DNA of 64,000 bases, taken from Heptranchias perlo. Taxonomy: Eukaryota. The stretch lies in the NCBI RefSeq assembly GCF_035084215.1, contig NC_090337.1:49290001-49354000 (forward strand), given 5' to 3'. Each line of letters starts with the position of its first letter. Position 1 is the first letter of the stretch. Shown here one piece after another: positions 23,522 to 34,722 of this stretch. The notes under the pieces were generated by a model, which worked only from the letters and a program-made list of their open reading frames with translations, was not told the DNA's origin and ran no database searches. A program made the position numbers and the translations under genes.

Positions 23522-23993
23522 TTGGGTTTTGTTTTTTTAAAATGTCAACTTGTCCTTTTTGGAAGGCTACTATTGGTTAGGCTGCTCAATGCCTGATATG
23601 AATGAGCGGAGTGTGCACCGTGCAAGCTCCACCCATTTGCACCTTAAAATTTCAAGTGGGCTCCCACAGCCGGTGTAGGACCCCAGTTTGCACATTTAAA
23701 CAGTCTCCTGCCCAGAAAGAGGCAGGCGTGCTGCTCACCCATTTACAGGCCCCACCTGGGCGTCAGTTGGGTGGCCGAAATGTCCCCACCCCACACCACC
23801 CCTCCTATTTTCAACTGTCGGCTGCCCATTTTTCAGGCAACTGGGGTCGGGTCAGAGTCAAGTCTTTGGTTTCATGTTAAGTTGGAACAAGCACACTTTG
23901 CAGAAGTTTGGAGTGGGAGCAGTCACAGAGGGAAAGAATGCTCTTCCTAATGCCAGGGGCAATTAGTTTCAGGGTTTACTACTCTAAAGTGAA

Positions 23994-24088
23994 TTGTAAA
24001 CAATTTTACAACACCAAGTTATAGTCCAGCAATTTTATTTGAAATTCACAAGCTTTCGGAGGCTTCCTCCTTCCTCAGGTGAATGTGG
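23994..24088 (-). mobile_element. Penelope-like element terminal (pLTR) fragment
   Basis: tgtaaacaattttacaacaccaagttatagtccagc...gctttcggaggcttcctccttcctcaggtg. 13-bp TSD actctaaagtgaa at 23981-23993 and 24103-24115. Near-identical to 28428-28517. Confidence 0.7.
24044..24084 (-). ncRNA. Minimal type I hammerhead ribozyme-like motif
   Basis: Minus strand reads AUUCAC-CUGAGGA-A-GGAGG-aag-CCUCC-GAAA-GCUU-GUGAAU: 6-bp stem I, 5-bp stem II, conserved core, palindromic AAGCUU in place of stem III. Confidence 0.65.
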
Positions 24089-24539
24089 AATGAGCTAACT
24101 TCACTCTAAAGTGAAGTTAGCTCATTAACAGGGACAGTGTGATGAACTTGTTTTTATATTACAAAGAGTAAAAGGAATTATATAGAATTTCATTGAAAAT
24201 TATTCTGTTTATTCATGTATTGCACGTAAAATACAGTTGATCTCGTCGCTCAATGATGTTTCAGTCCACCTTCCAGACGATAAGAGAAAGGCATATGTAA
24301 GATTACAATAGCCAGTACACAACAACAAGGGCTGTCATGACGATGACCCTGGGTCATATTACCATATGACTAGGTATTGAGTAATAAAGATAGATTCCTG
24401 ATCATAAGGAACATTGTGTCTGGTTACAAGAGATTCCATTAATACTGAACCCGAATGAATATCATTGGTCAGACCCACAATTTGTGATGAGTAGCCTCTG
24501 TCTTTACTCCAACCACCCCCCCCACTCTTCCGCCCACTC

Positions 24540-24990
24540 TAGTGCTGATACCCATCACTCTGCACTTTTTCTCTCCCATTTCCCCCAACCCACTCCAAGC
24601 TTATTTCTTCAGTGAGACCCACCTCCCTTTCCCTCAATTTCCCTCCCTACTAAACTCCTGCCCACGTATTTGCCCTGTTCATTCCCACACTACCTGAGAT
24701 GATTATTGGTTTCCTTTGCTCCCCCTTTTTAAAAACTACTGTCATCATTTCTCTCCTCAAAAAAACCCAGCCTCGATCTGTCCATCCTCTCCAAATACTG
24801 TCTCATCTCTTATCGCTAATGACCTCAACTTTGTTGTTGCCATTGAAAATTGTGAATGAGCTCCTCTGTGACTGTGATCATGGTGCGTTATTCCATCTTG
24901 GCCCTTCCATTATCTTTGACTCTGTCTCCCATGCCATCCTCCACTAGCATTCTCAAAACCCATTGTTTTGGCCAAATTTTTGGTCACTCT
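24540..24990 (+). mobile_element. Old L2-like LINE RT fragment
   Basis: ORF 24699-24947 (PFLKTTVIISLLKKTQP...DSVSHAIL) resembles L2 RT motifs. Pyrimidine-rich. Confidence 0.5.
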
Positions 24991-25077
24991 CATATTTTGG
25001 AATTTTTTGACCATTTTTCTGCAGAAGGTGTTTGGGGAAAAAAGGTTTCATTTAAGGTTTGCTCTTTAAAGCATAAT

Positions 25078-27846
25078 GGGGGGGAAAGTTGGATAGGGCC
25101 TATTATTAGGCGTAGGTAGCGCAATCCACTATTACCCACGCCCAATGGCCCCTGCGCAGGCAGGACAAGACTTTCGTGAGGCCTGAGGACTTACCTTCAA
25201 GCAGCGTTCTGAATCAGTGTTGACATGAGGATTCAATGCAATTTGCACTTTATACCAGCAGGGGGAGCCCCAATCTCTTAAAGGCAGGCTGTCTCTTAAA
25301 AATCTCTTCAAGGTAGCGGGTACCTGTTATTTGCTGAAAATAACAGTCTGCTGTCTGTACGGAGTCTGAACGGAGATCAGACATCGCACGTGCAAAACAC
25401 AGATGCAGCTCCCGTCCCTATGTGAGGTGAGAGTAACTGCCCTTGACATCAAGGCACCATTTGACCGAGTGTGGCACCAAGGAGCCCTTGTAAAATTGAA
25501 GTCAATGGGAATCGGGGGGAAAACTTTCCAGTGGCTGGAGTCATACCTAGCACAAAGGAAGATGGTAGTGGTTGTTGGAGGCCAATCATCTCAGTTCCAG
25601 GACATTGCTGCAGGAGTTCCTCAGGGCAGTGTCCTCGGCCCAACCATCTTCAGCTGCTTCATCAATGACCTTCCCTCCATCATAAGGTCAGAAATGGGGA
25701 TGTTCGCTGATGATTGCACAGTGTTCAGTTCCATTCGCAACCCCTCAAATCATGAAGCAGTCCGAGCCCGCATGCAGCAAGACCTGGACAACATCCAGGC
25801 TTGGGCTGATAAGTGGCAAGTAACATTCGCACCAGACAAGTGCCAGGCAATGACCATCTCCAACAAGAGAGAGTCTAACCACCTGCCCTTGACATTCAAC
25901 GGCATTACCATCACCAAATCCCCCACCATCAACATCCTGGGGGTCACCATTAACCAGAAACTTAACTAGACCAGCCACATAAATACTGTGGCTACAAGAG
26001 CAGGTCAGAGGCTGGGTATTCTGTGGTGAGTGACTCACCTCCTGACTCCCCAAAGCCTTTCTACCATCTACAAAGCACAAGTCAGGAGTGTGATGGAATA
26101 CTCTCCACTTGCCTGGATGAGTGCAGCTCCAACAACACTCGAGGAGCTCGACACCATCCAGGACAAAGCAGCCCGCTTGATTGGCACCCCATCCACCACC
26201 CTAAACATTCACTCCCTCCACCATGGCTGCAGTGTGTACCATCTACAGGATGCACTGCAGCAACTTGCCAAGGCTTCTTCGACAACACCTCCCAAACCCA
26301 CGACCTCTACCACCTAGAAGGACGAGGGCAGCAGGCACATGTGAACAACACCACCTGCATGTTCCCCTCAAGTCACACACTATCCTGACTTGGAAATATA
26401 TCGCCGTTCCTTCATCGTCGCTGGGTCAAAATCCTGGAACTCACTGCCTAACAGCACTGTGGGAGAACCTTCACCACACGGACTGCAGTGGTTCAAGAAG
26501 GCGGCTCACCACCACCTTCTCAAGAACAATTAGGGATGGGCAATAAATGCTGGCCTTACCAGCGACGTCCACATCCCATGAACGAATAAAAAAAAGAAAC
26601 GATTAGTTATGGTAAACCATTGAATAAAGGTTGCGCACTACTAAATCCCACATTCTCCAATTTGCAAGCCAGACCTCACCAATCTGCCGATCTGAGTTTG
26701 GACCAGGCCTGTGAGAGAGCGTGCACCAAGGTTCTCTGCTGATTCACTAGAGGCCTTGGTGCAAGAGGTGGACAGAAGGAGGGACATCCTATATTCGCAG
26801 GTGAGGGGGGGGTGGGCAGCATTGCAAGAGGCCCTCCAGACATAAACGGAAGAGGCAGTGGGGAACGAAGTCAATGCCAGGTGCACAGCATCATGAACAT
26901 GGATGCAGTGCAGGAAAAAGTGCTTTGAGGTGAGTGCGGTCAACTGTCAAGTGGCGTCTCCTACCAACTGCATCACTAGCCGCATCCACCGCTCCATGCA
27001 CTACACCCCCATCACCCACATACCAACAAACTCTTTCTGTCAGTACTCAATTCTTCCAATCAGATGCTTCCTCTCAACCTTACACATTACCACTGTTGCA
27101 AGCCACCCACCCACATCTTGCAGGCGACACCCACTGGCAGCTATTCAACCATGACAGGCACATCACCTAGACACAGGTCCCGCTTTCTTACAGGTGGACC
27201 TGTGACCTAACTCGATATGCCTGCCTTAGCCCTATATCCCTTGATATCCTTGGTTCACAGAAATCTATTAATCTCAGATGTAGAATTCACAAGTGAGCTA
27301 GCATCAACTGCCGTTTGCAGAACAGCGTTCCAAACTTCTCCTACCCTTTGCTTGTAGAAGCATTTCCACGCTTCACTCCTGCATGTCCTGGCTCTAAATG
27401 TTCGGCTCTGTCCCTGCGTCCTAGTATTCAAGTATAGGAGACCTCCAAAAACAGTTACAAATGTCTCGGCAGCCAGAAGCAATAATCCAGCCACTAACCT
27501 GTAAATCCTGCATGGTCCCTATAAATTGCGATAGTAGGGTGTCCTCCAAGCACTCCAAGGCACGTTCAGATTGTCGTGGTTAAGACTCCGCTTTGAGTTG
27601 AGCGTTAAGTCTCAAAATGGTGTCTATCACTTTAAATCAGCGTTGCACATTGATTGTTTCCATTTTTTCCTTACTTTACATGCTTCCAGCGTTCGGTATT
27701 TGTGCATGCGCTAACTCCTATACCAAGACGGCTTCTGGTGCACATCACACTGGAAACATGCGTGCGCAGCCAAGACGCCATCTTGGATGTTGGAGAGACC
27801 GTGTACCGCCAAAACAACGGGCGCTACACAGCCCAATTTAGCGCCC
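25078..27846. mobile_element. Non-autonomous Harbinger family A copy 2 (inverted relative to copy 1), interrupted by a LINE
   Basis: Termini gggggggaaagttgg / ccaatttagcgccc. AAT TSD at 25075-25077 and 27847-27849. Colinear with the reverse complement of 1430-3073, including the Myb remnant (~26700-26930) and CR1 piece (~27200-27430). Confidence 0.85.
25422..26597 (+). mobile_element. 5'-truncated non-LTR retrotransposon (CR1/L2-group, poly(A)-tailed family)
   Basis: ORF 25403-25969 (ALDIKAPFDRVWH, GVPQGSVLGP, FADD) and ORF 26030-26317. Ends gggatgggcaataaatgctggcc...cacatcccatgaacgaataaaaaaaa. Confidence 0.9.
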
Positions 27847-28390
27847 AATGTATTTTCACAAGTTTTTTTAAAAAGCACTGAAATGAAAGGCGGTTAAAAT
27901 GCTCATGACCTAGACTTTGAAGTTGTTTCCCCAAAGACTGCTAACAATAAACATTAGTTAATTTGTCTGCCTCATTAATTCACACCTATTGTTTTAGGAG
28001 GCTCCTGGTCCCAGAGGTTTGACACGGCGGGTTGTCTGTAAAAGGCCTTCCCCCTCGGATTGTGTACACATGCAGATAAAGAAAGAGAGACGGAGACAGA
28101 GAAGCACACAGTCAGACAGGTTTTTAAGTCGAAAGGTGCAAGGGCAATTTTTTTGGCAGGCTCAAAGTTAGAATGCAAAAAGGTAGAAATTATTTTGTTT
28201 AAGTCATACAAGATGATGTGGGGGAGTGTAGCATATTCATTATGTGATTACAAGTTACACTGATTGCATTAAGTGAGGCCGATTATAACTGCTGCTCTAT
28301 ATGCTTATGTGCTGTGAAATAAAACAGTTTAACGATTCGTATATGACCTCATCTTGCCAAGTATTTTCTTGGTCTGGCTTGAAAAAGATT

Positions 28391-28520
28391 GATGTGGAGA
28401 TGCCGGTGATGGACTGGGGTTGACAATTGTAAACAATTTTACAACACCAAGTTATAGTCCAGCAATTTTATTTTAAATTCACAAGCTTTCGGAGGCTTCC
28501 TCCTTCCTCAGGTAAATGTT
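28391..28520 (-). mobile_element. Penelope-like element terminal fragment with hammerhead-like motif (28477-28517)
   Basis: gatgtggagatgccggtgatggactggggttgacaattgtaaacaattttacaacacc... The minus strand gives AUUUAC-CUGAGGA-A-GGAGG-aag-CCUCC-GAAA-GCUU-GUGAAU. Confidence 0.7.
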
Positions 28521-29654
28521 CATACGTGGAGAAGCCACGTATGAATGTCCCATGGGGACATGTGCTGTTGGGCAATACATACACATCCCTCTACATGAGA
28601 CACACACCACTTATGGGAGAATATCCTAGGCAAGACCTTAAACCTGGAGCTGGTAGGGTGCCTGTTGCTTTATCTATTTTATCTTTACTGCCTCTTCTGA
28701 AAGCTCCTTGGGATTTTATTTATGTTTAAAGGCATTATATAAATGCATGTTTATCTGTGTCATTATCATCCTTTTCCTGCAGGGATTACCAGATAATGAT
28801 GAGGAGCCTTGTCAGAATTTTTTTACCCTTTTCCAAGCCCGGGGGAGGGTGATGATGAAAAACACCCCATAGCTATCTCAGCTAACTGTTGATTGAATTG
28901 AGATCCTTCTGGTCCAAATGACCCAGTAGCACACTGTGCAGGACTGCAATATTTCTTATTGCAAACGTTTCATGTGCTGTGGATTGCAGCTGTTCGCAAA
29001 TTAAAGCAAGATCCTGAAACTGTCATTTCAATTTTATTCTCCGAGACTGATGTCATTGTCCTTGGAGAGACCATGCAGGTGAAGCATTTCACTATAAAAT
29101 CACTCAAACAAAAGCCCATTAGTTCTTAAAGTAACTGCTGCCAGAAAGTGGTAAAGCTTTTATCACGTTGTCATTGAAGGGGAGCCGCAAACCCTCACAT
29201 CTTGCCAGTGTGACAAGGAATTGATTTTAAAATGTGTATTCTGTGTGCAGAACGATGATTGTAACAATTGAACGAGACAGTCATCGAGATAAAAAGTGGT
29301 ATCAATTGAAAATTTAATGTGGATTTTTTTTGTAGGGAGCTGGATTTTGGAGATAAATGGCAGGAAGCAACAAAAGATGCTGCAGGAGATGGCAATTCTT
29401 CTAGTTTACTTTAATAGAAATTTCAGCTCTCCTAAAGTTTAATTTAGATACATATATTTAAATGATCCATGTAAAGAATACTAGTTTTTACATTTATTGT
29501 TTTAAAATATTACTCATAGTCAAGTTGTAACAAACTCAGATATGAGCTGGTTAAACTGTCTTATGTCATTTAATTCAATATGCCTTAAGGTCATGCTTTG
29601 TAAAATCAATTAATTCTTTTTATTCTATGTAGCGATTCTTGTCTGAGTGTAGAC

Positions 29655-29885
29655 AGCAACTGCTGATGGTTTATTTGACTAGGGAGGGACATAACAGTTG
29701 AGCATGATGCTTTCCTCACCACATGTTCCAGCAAAGGTCAATTGATAGCAATGAGGAGCAAGAAAATATATTTATTTCCCACTCCTCCTCCCTCCTCTCT
29801 AAGCTAGGGATGATGAGGCCAGTTGTAGCATCACTACTACTGTTCCAGCACATTGGGGATGAACTTTAGGACTTGGCCTGTATGC
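29655..29885 (-). mobile_element. Old AmnSINE2-like SINE fragment
   Basis: gatgaggccagttgtagcatc and gatagcaatgaggagcaag motifs shared with the other copies. Confidence 0.45.
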
Positions 29886-30759
29886 CATTTAAAAACCTCT
29901 GGTTGCACTGTTAACAGTTAAAAACAAAGTCAGATTGACTCTCGTGGATGTTCTAAACCATAACTCCTGTCAGTAAGTGAGTTCAAGGCAGTAATTCAAT
30001 TTTAGGGTTCAGAGGATTATAAATAGCTGAAGCTTGGTTGTCATGGTTCATGATGTCATCTGAAGTCAATTGGATTACTGGCTTGTAATTCACTTTGAGG
30101 TACCATTATCCTCCATTAAATTTATCATGTCAGTCTGATATTAAATAGCTTATATTATCAAGGTAGTTCTTCAGAAATTGAGGTGTTCAGACTTACTCTG
30201 ACCAGTATCAGTTCAGTAATCCTATTTGCTCTTTTAAAATAAATTATGTTGAAATTATTTTGTCAATCGTAGCAAATGTTTGTTTTAAATCATTTGTATT
30301 CAAAAGTTGGAAGAGAGCAGGGTTGTGTACTTTTTCAACAAGTAGCTCTATAATTTGCCTCCTAACTTTGTGGCCACCTTTTTCATTCCATGTAATGGTG
30401 CTAAACAAAATTGGTGGCACTGTTTTAAGTAACATAGGCAATCCAATTCCTAGCCCAGGTATACAGCTTGCATAGAAAGACTATTCTGATTCTGCGTTGC
30501 ATGTGGCCACTCCAGCATGATTAAAAAGAGACAGTTTTCATCATGTTAGCAAACTATATAGTGCTTTGAATGAATCAAATGCTTCACCTTAGAAGTGGGA
30601 TGGCAGGAGATATGGGCGGGGTTATGAGCAATTACAGGGAAGTAATGGTGTTTGTTATGGCCTCTCAACTTTGAGCCAAATCTCATCCATTGCAGCATTT
30701 AGTAAAGTTTTATTATTTTGTGTAGGAATGAAATTTTTTGAAGTGTCCCAGGCATATTT

Positions 30760-31530
30760 CTGGTCAGAAAAGCCCATGGGATCCAAGGGAATGTGGCAAG
30801 CTGGATCCAAAATTGGCTCAGTGGCAGGAAGCAAAGGGTCGACGGGTGTTTTGTGACTAGAAGGCTGTTTCCAACATGGTTCCGCAGGGCTCGATACTAG
30901 GTCCCTTGCTTTTTGTGGTATACATCAATAATTTAGACTTAAATGTAGAGGGCATGATTAAGAAGTTTACAGATGATACAAAAATTGGTCGTGTGTTTGA
31001 TAGTGAGGAGGAAAGCTGTAGACTGCAGGAAGATATCAATGGACTGGTCAGGTGGGCAGAAAAGTGGCAAATGGAATTCAATCCGGCAAAGTGTGAGGTA
31101 ATGCTTTTGTGGTTGTTTTCTTTGGAACACAGGAGGCTGAGGGGAGATTTAATTGAGGTGTATAAAATTCTGAGGTGCCTAGATAGTGTGGAGAGGAAGG
31201 ACCTATTTCACTTAGCGGAGAGGTCAATAACCAGGGGGCATAGATTTAAAGTAATTAGTAGAAGGATTAGAGGGGAGCTGAGGAGAGATTTTTTCACCCA
31301 GAGGGTGGTGGGGGTCTGGAACTCACTGCCTGAAAGAGTGGTAGATGCAGAAACCCTCATCGCATTTAAAAAGTATTTGGATGTGCACTTGAAGTGCCAT
31401 AACCTACAAGGCTACGGACCAAGAGCTGGAAAGTGGGATTAGGCTGGATAGCTCTTTTTCGGCCGGCATAAACACGGCGGACCAAATGGCCGCCTTCTGT
31501 GCCGTAAATTTCTATAATTCTATGATTTCA
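30760..31530 (+). mobile_element. CR1 LINE 3' portion with internal deletion
   Basis: ORF 30876-31442 (VPQGSILGP, KFTDDTKI, then a jump to [18 protein letters not shown]). Tail ttctataattctatgatt. Confidence 0.9.
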
Positions 31531-33083
31531 TTATGTATATATTGGATCAGTATGGCATGAGCGGTAGTTGTCATTTATTTTGTGGGATGTAATTTGGAGG
31601 TGTATTCCCTAGCAGACCACATCTCCTTCAACGTATCATTCTTAAACTGTGGCTCAGCAGTGCTCTTGGAAGTCATTTCAGGAAAAGTGGTTTTGAATCT
31701 CAAACAACATGATTATTACGTTTGAACAGTATCTTCAATCATGGATTAGTAGGTCCATTAATATTGTATGAGGGGCTGAAAGCTCATAAAATTCAAATGA
31801 AAGATTCCTGATTTAATTATTTGACCAAAAAAGAGTGAAATGTCAATGTTGGAACCTTATTAAGTGCTGTCAGCAATGTGTCACAGAATCTTTGGCAGAA
31901 AGATGGCAATTAGATCCTGCGAGGGGCTCACCAGCACCCTAACCTCCAAGACAGCATTCTGTGGGCTGAATGGACCATTTGCATTTATCATTCTTCCTGT
32001 ATTGAAGGCATTAATAAATTAACAGTAAAGAAAAAAATGCACAAATTCCTTCATCCCAACACTGGTTGAATTAAATTTTACTTGCACAGCAAGAAGTATC
32101 ATGCAACAGGGTTAGGTTTGACAAGTAACCCATCAGTGCTCACTGTCCAGCTTCATGGTTGAAGAACGACCACTTGGGCAGAGTTTTATTGGGGTGTCAA
32201 CATTTGTAGAACATTGTGCAGGCATTAATATGCCTTCAGGGAGAAGTGGGGAACAATGGAGGAAGAAAATAAATCACAATTCTAACATGATATGAAAAGT
32301 ATCGATTCATTCTGCATGCTCAGGATATTATTAACTCATCCAGTATAAAATATGCCACTGATATACAGTACCACCTGACACTACAGTGCCCAGGTCCAGG
32401 AATGTGCCAGATGGCATTATTGTTGCAGCCGTCTGGAATTTATAGTGGTTTGTTACATGACCTCACAATGGCAATGTGTGCTTAATTAATTCATTAATGA
32501 GGTTAATGTGTATTGAACTGAAGTCAAATATCAAATCCAAGCTAGTAATCCCAGCCAACAACATCTGGATATTTATCACTGTTTGATAATTACATTATGT
32601 TCCGTACAACCAATCCCAACCAAACGAGATATTCCATTAACACTTGGCTGACTATCTTGATGCACAGTACAGTTATTTGTACTTGGTAATTAAATGGGGT
32701 GGGCCTGTTAACAGTTCTGTTGTTGTTAGAATGCAAGCAAACTCTTGGCACAGAATATTTTGCTGTTGCTATTAGTCCCAAGTGAAGCGATGTTTTATTG
32801 AAAGTGAAGCTAAATGTTAACTTAAAATATTAAATTATATCTGTAATCTTGCAGTTCAAGTTTTCAGGTTGAAATAAATTTGAGACTGATGCAATGTGAT
32901 GAGAGTCTGTGCAGAATGGATCGCTCTCTGAAATATGGATTGTGTGTGTTACACATGCAACGGGGCTGTCTTTACCAAGACTTAACGTACGCTTATATCA
33001 GGATTAAATTTAGCGAATATGGAATTGGTGGTAATTTTCTTACCTCTCCACTGAAGATGACTCATTCGGGAATAAAATGCGAC

Positions 33084-33330
33084 TAGGAACAGAGGCCTGT
33101 ACAGGACATAAAAAGACCACCTGCTTGGTCCCAGAGTTCAAAAGCAGAATACACTGTTCACTATCTCTCAATTGATTTTTGTGCCAAATGCTGTCCAACT
33201 TCCTCTTAAAATTACAAATGTTACCAGCCTTGATTGTCTGCCTGGGAGTCCATCCCAAACATTCACCACCCTCTGTATTACATAGTTACATCTATTCTAA
33301 TCATTCACCCTCTTTCTGAGCTTTATTGTT
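33084..33330 (-). mobile_element. Degraded CR1 3'-end fragment
   Basis: ccaacttcctcttaaa...cattcaccaccctctg, the reverse complement of QRVV..W in the CR1 C-terminus. Confidence 0.55.
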
Positions 33331-33384
33331 GTTCTTAGTGCCATAATAAACCACTGGAACTAGATTCCATGATACCTCTCTTTA

Positions 33385-33630
33385 GTGGCTTTTCTTCCAT
33401 GTGTGAGGCCAGACATTGAATGTCAGCAGGTTATTTGATCATGAGGGCATCAAGGCCAAGCTTGAACCTTTCCTCTCAACATCTACAGCAGTATTTTTTT
33501 CTCCCTTTCAATCTAGAGGCACCGAGGCCAATTATAGTGCCCCACCGCTGTCCTGACTGAGATCAGCTAACTCAATGCAGACAAAGTTTTGAACCTGGGA
33601 CTTTCCTCATCTATGTAGCTCAGCAGCTCA
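33385..33630 (-). mobile_element. AmnSINE2-like SINE
   Basis: gaggccaattatagtgcccc and ctgagatcagctaactca...gaacctgggac (reverse complement of the head/B-box region). Confidence 0.6.
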
Positions 33631-34599
33631 TCCTACTACTGTCAACTAGATTCAGCTGTACTAAATTTATATTTCTACACTTTTATTAGACATTTCTTGA
33701 TGGAAAGATTGGTCACATTTTTATTTGTACGTTCAATAAAGTTTTAATAAATGTGTACAGAACTTTAATTCAAAAACATTCATCACAAAACTTTACACAG
33801 CAACATTTCATTAGTAGCATTTGAAATGGCCACATAGCAACAGAATGGTGCCTTCCAATGATGCGTAGCAGGCTTGAGTTCCAAGGCTGCCTACTATTTG
33901 GTAGGCATACACTTTGCTAGCATTAACAAATTTAAGCTGGGTGAGTTTGAATTTGTTGCAATTACAATTTTTCCACCTTCCCTCAGTTTGAATAAACTAT
34001 TAAGACTTTATCAAAACATAAAATACCTAGAGATTTAGAATTGTCCGAATTACCTCTGGATTTAATCTCAATTGAAATCAACAATCTGAATTGATTAGAA
34101 TTCTGGTTATTAAAGTCAGGAATAAGCCTGACTTCCATTCTTGACCACACCTACTGGGCAGAAAGCCACATCACAAGCATCTTGGCTGGCAGAAGCTTTT
34201 GGTGGGAGCAGCAGTGTATGGGAAGAGGGAATGTGAAAGATGACATGGTTGACTGGCACAACTGTTAGCTGTTTTCAGTTGGAACGCCACTGTTGATGAT
34301 AATGGCATAATCAGCATTCCAGGCTACCACAAAGCAAACAGCTTGGTGTAGGAATCTCTCACTAGGAGATCAAAGGAACAGAATTTAGGATGGAGAAGAA
34401 AAAGGTACAGTTTAAGCAGGAACCAAGGTAAATACGTTTTACTGGCATGTGGTACATTAGGTAGTACCTAGCCAGAAACTAGGGACTTGGAAGTATTTAT
34501 TTTGTATGATGTTTTATTTGAGTTATGTTTGAAAAGATGTATTGATGTAATCTGATTCATAACTGACAGCACTTTCTGGTTGCATCTTTTTATTTTTAG

Positions 34600-34722
34600 T
34601 AAACAAGCACAAACCATGGATTGAGACATCCTACCACGGTGTGATAACAGAGAACAATGACACAGTTTTTCTGGATCCACCACTGGTTGCACTGGACAAG
34701 GATGCACCTGTGCGCTATGCAG
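34600..34722 (+). CDS. CLSTN2: Calsyntenin-2 internal coding exon (probably exon 2; start of cadherin domain 1)
   Basis: Acceptor ttttatttttag and donor gtaagt; 123 bp, phase 1-1. Translates (V)NKHKPWIETSYHGVITENNDTVFLDPPLVALDKDAPVRYA(G), matching the recalled CLSTN2 sequence (WIETSYHGVITENNDTV) better than CLSTN1 (WLEPTYHGIVTENDNTV). Confidence 0.93.
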
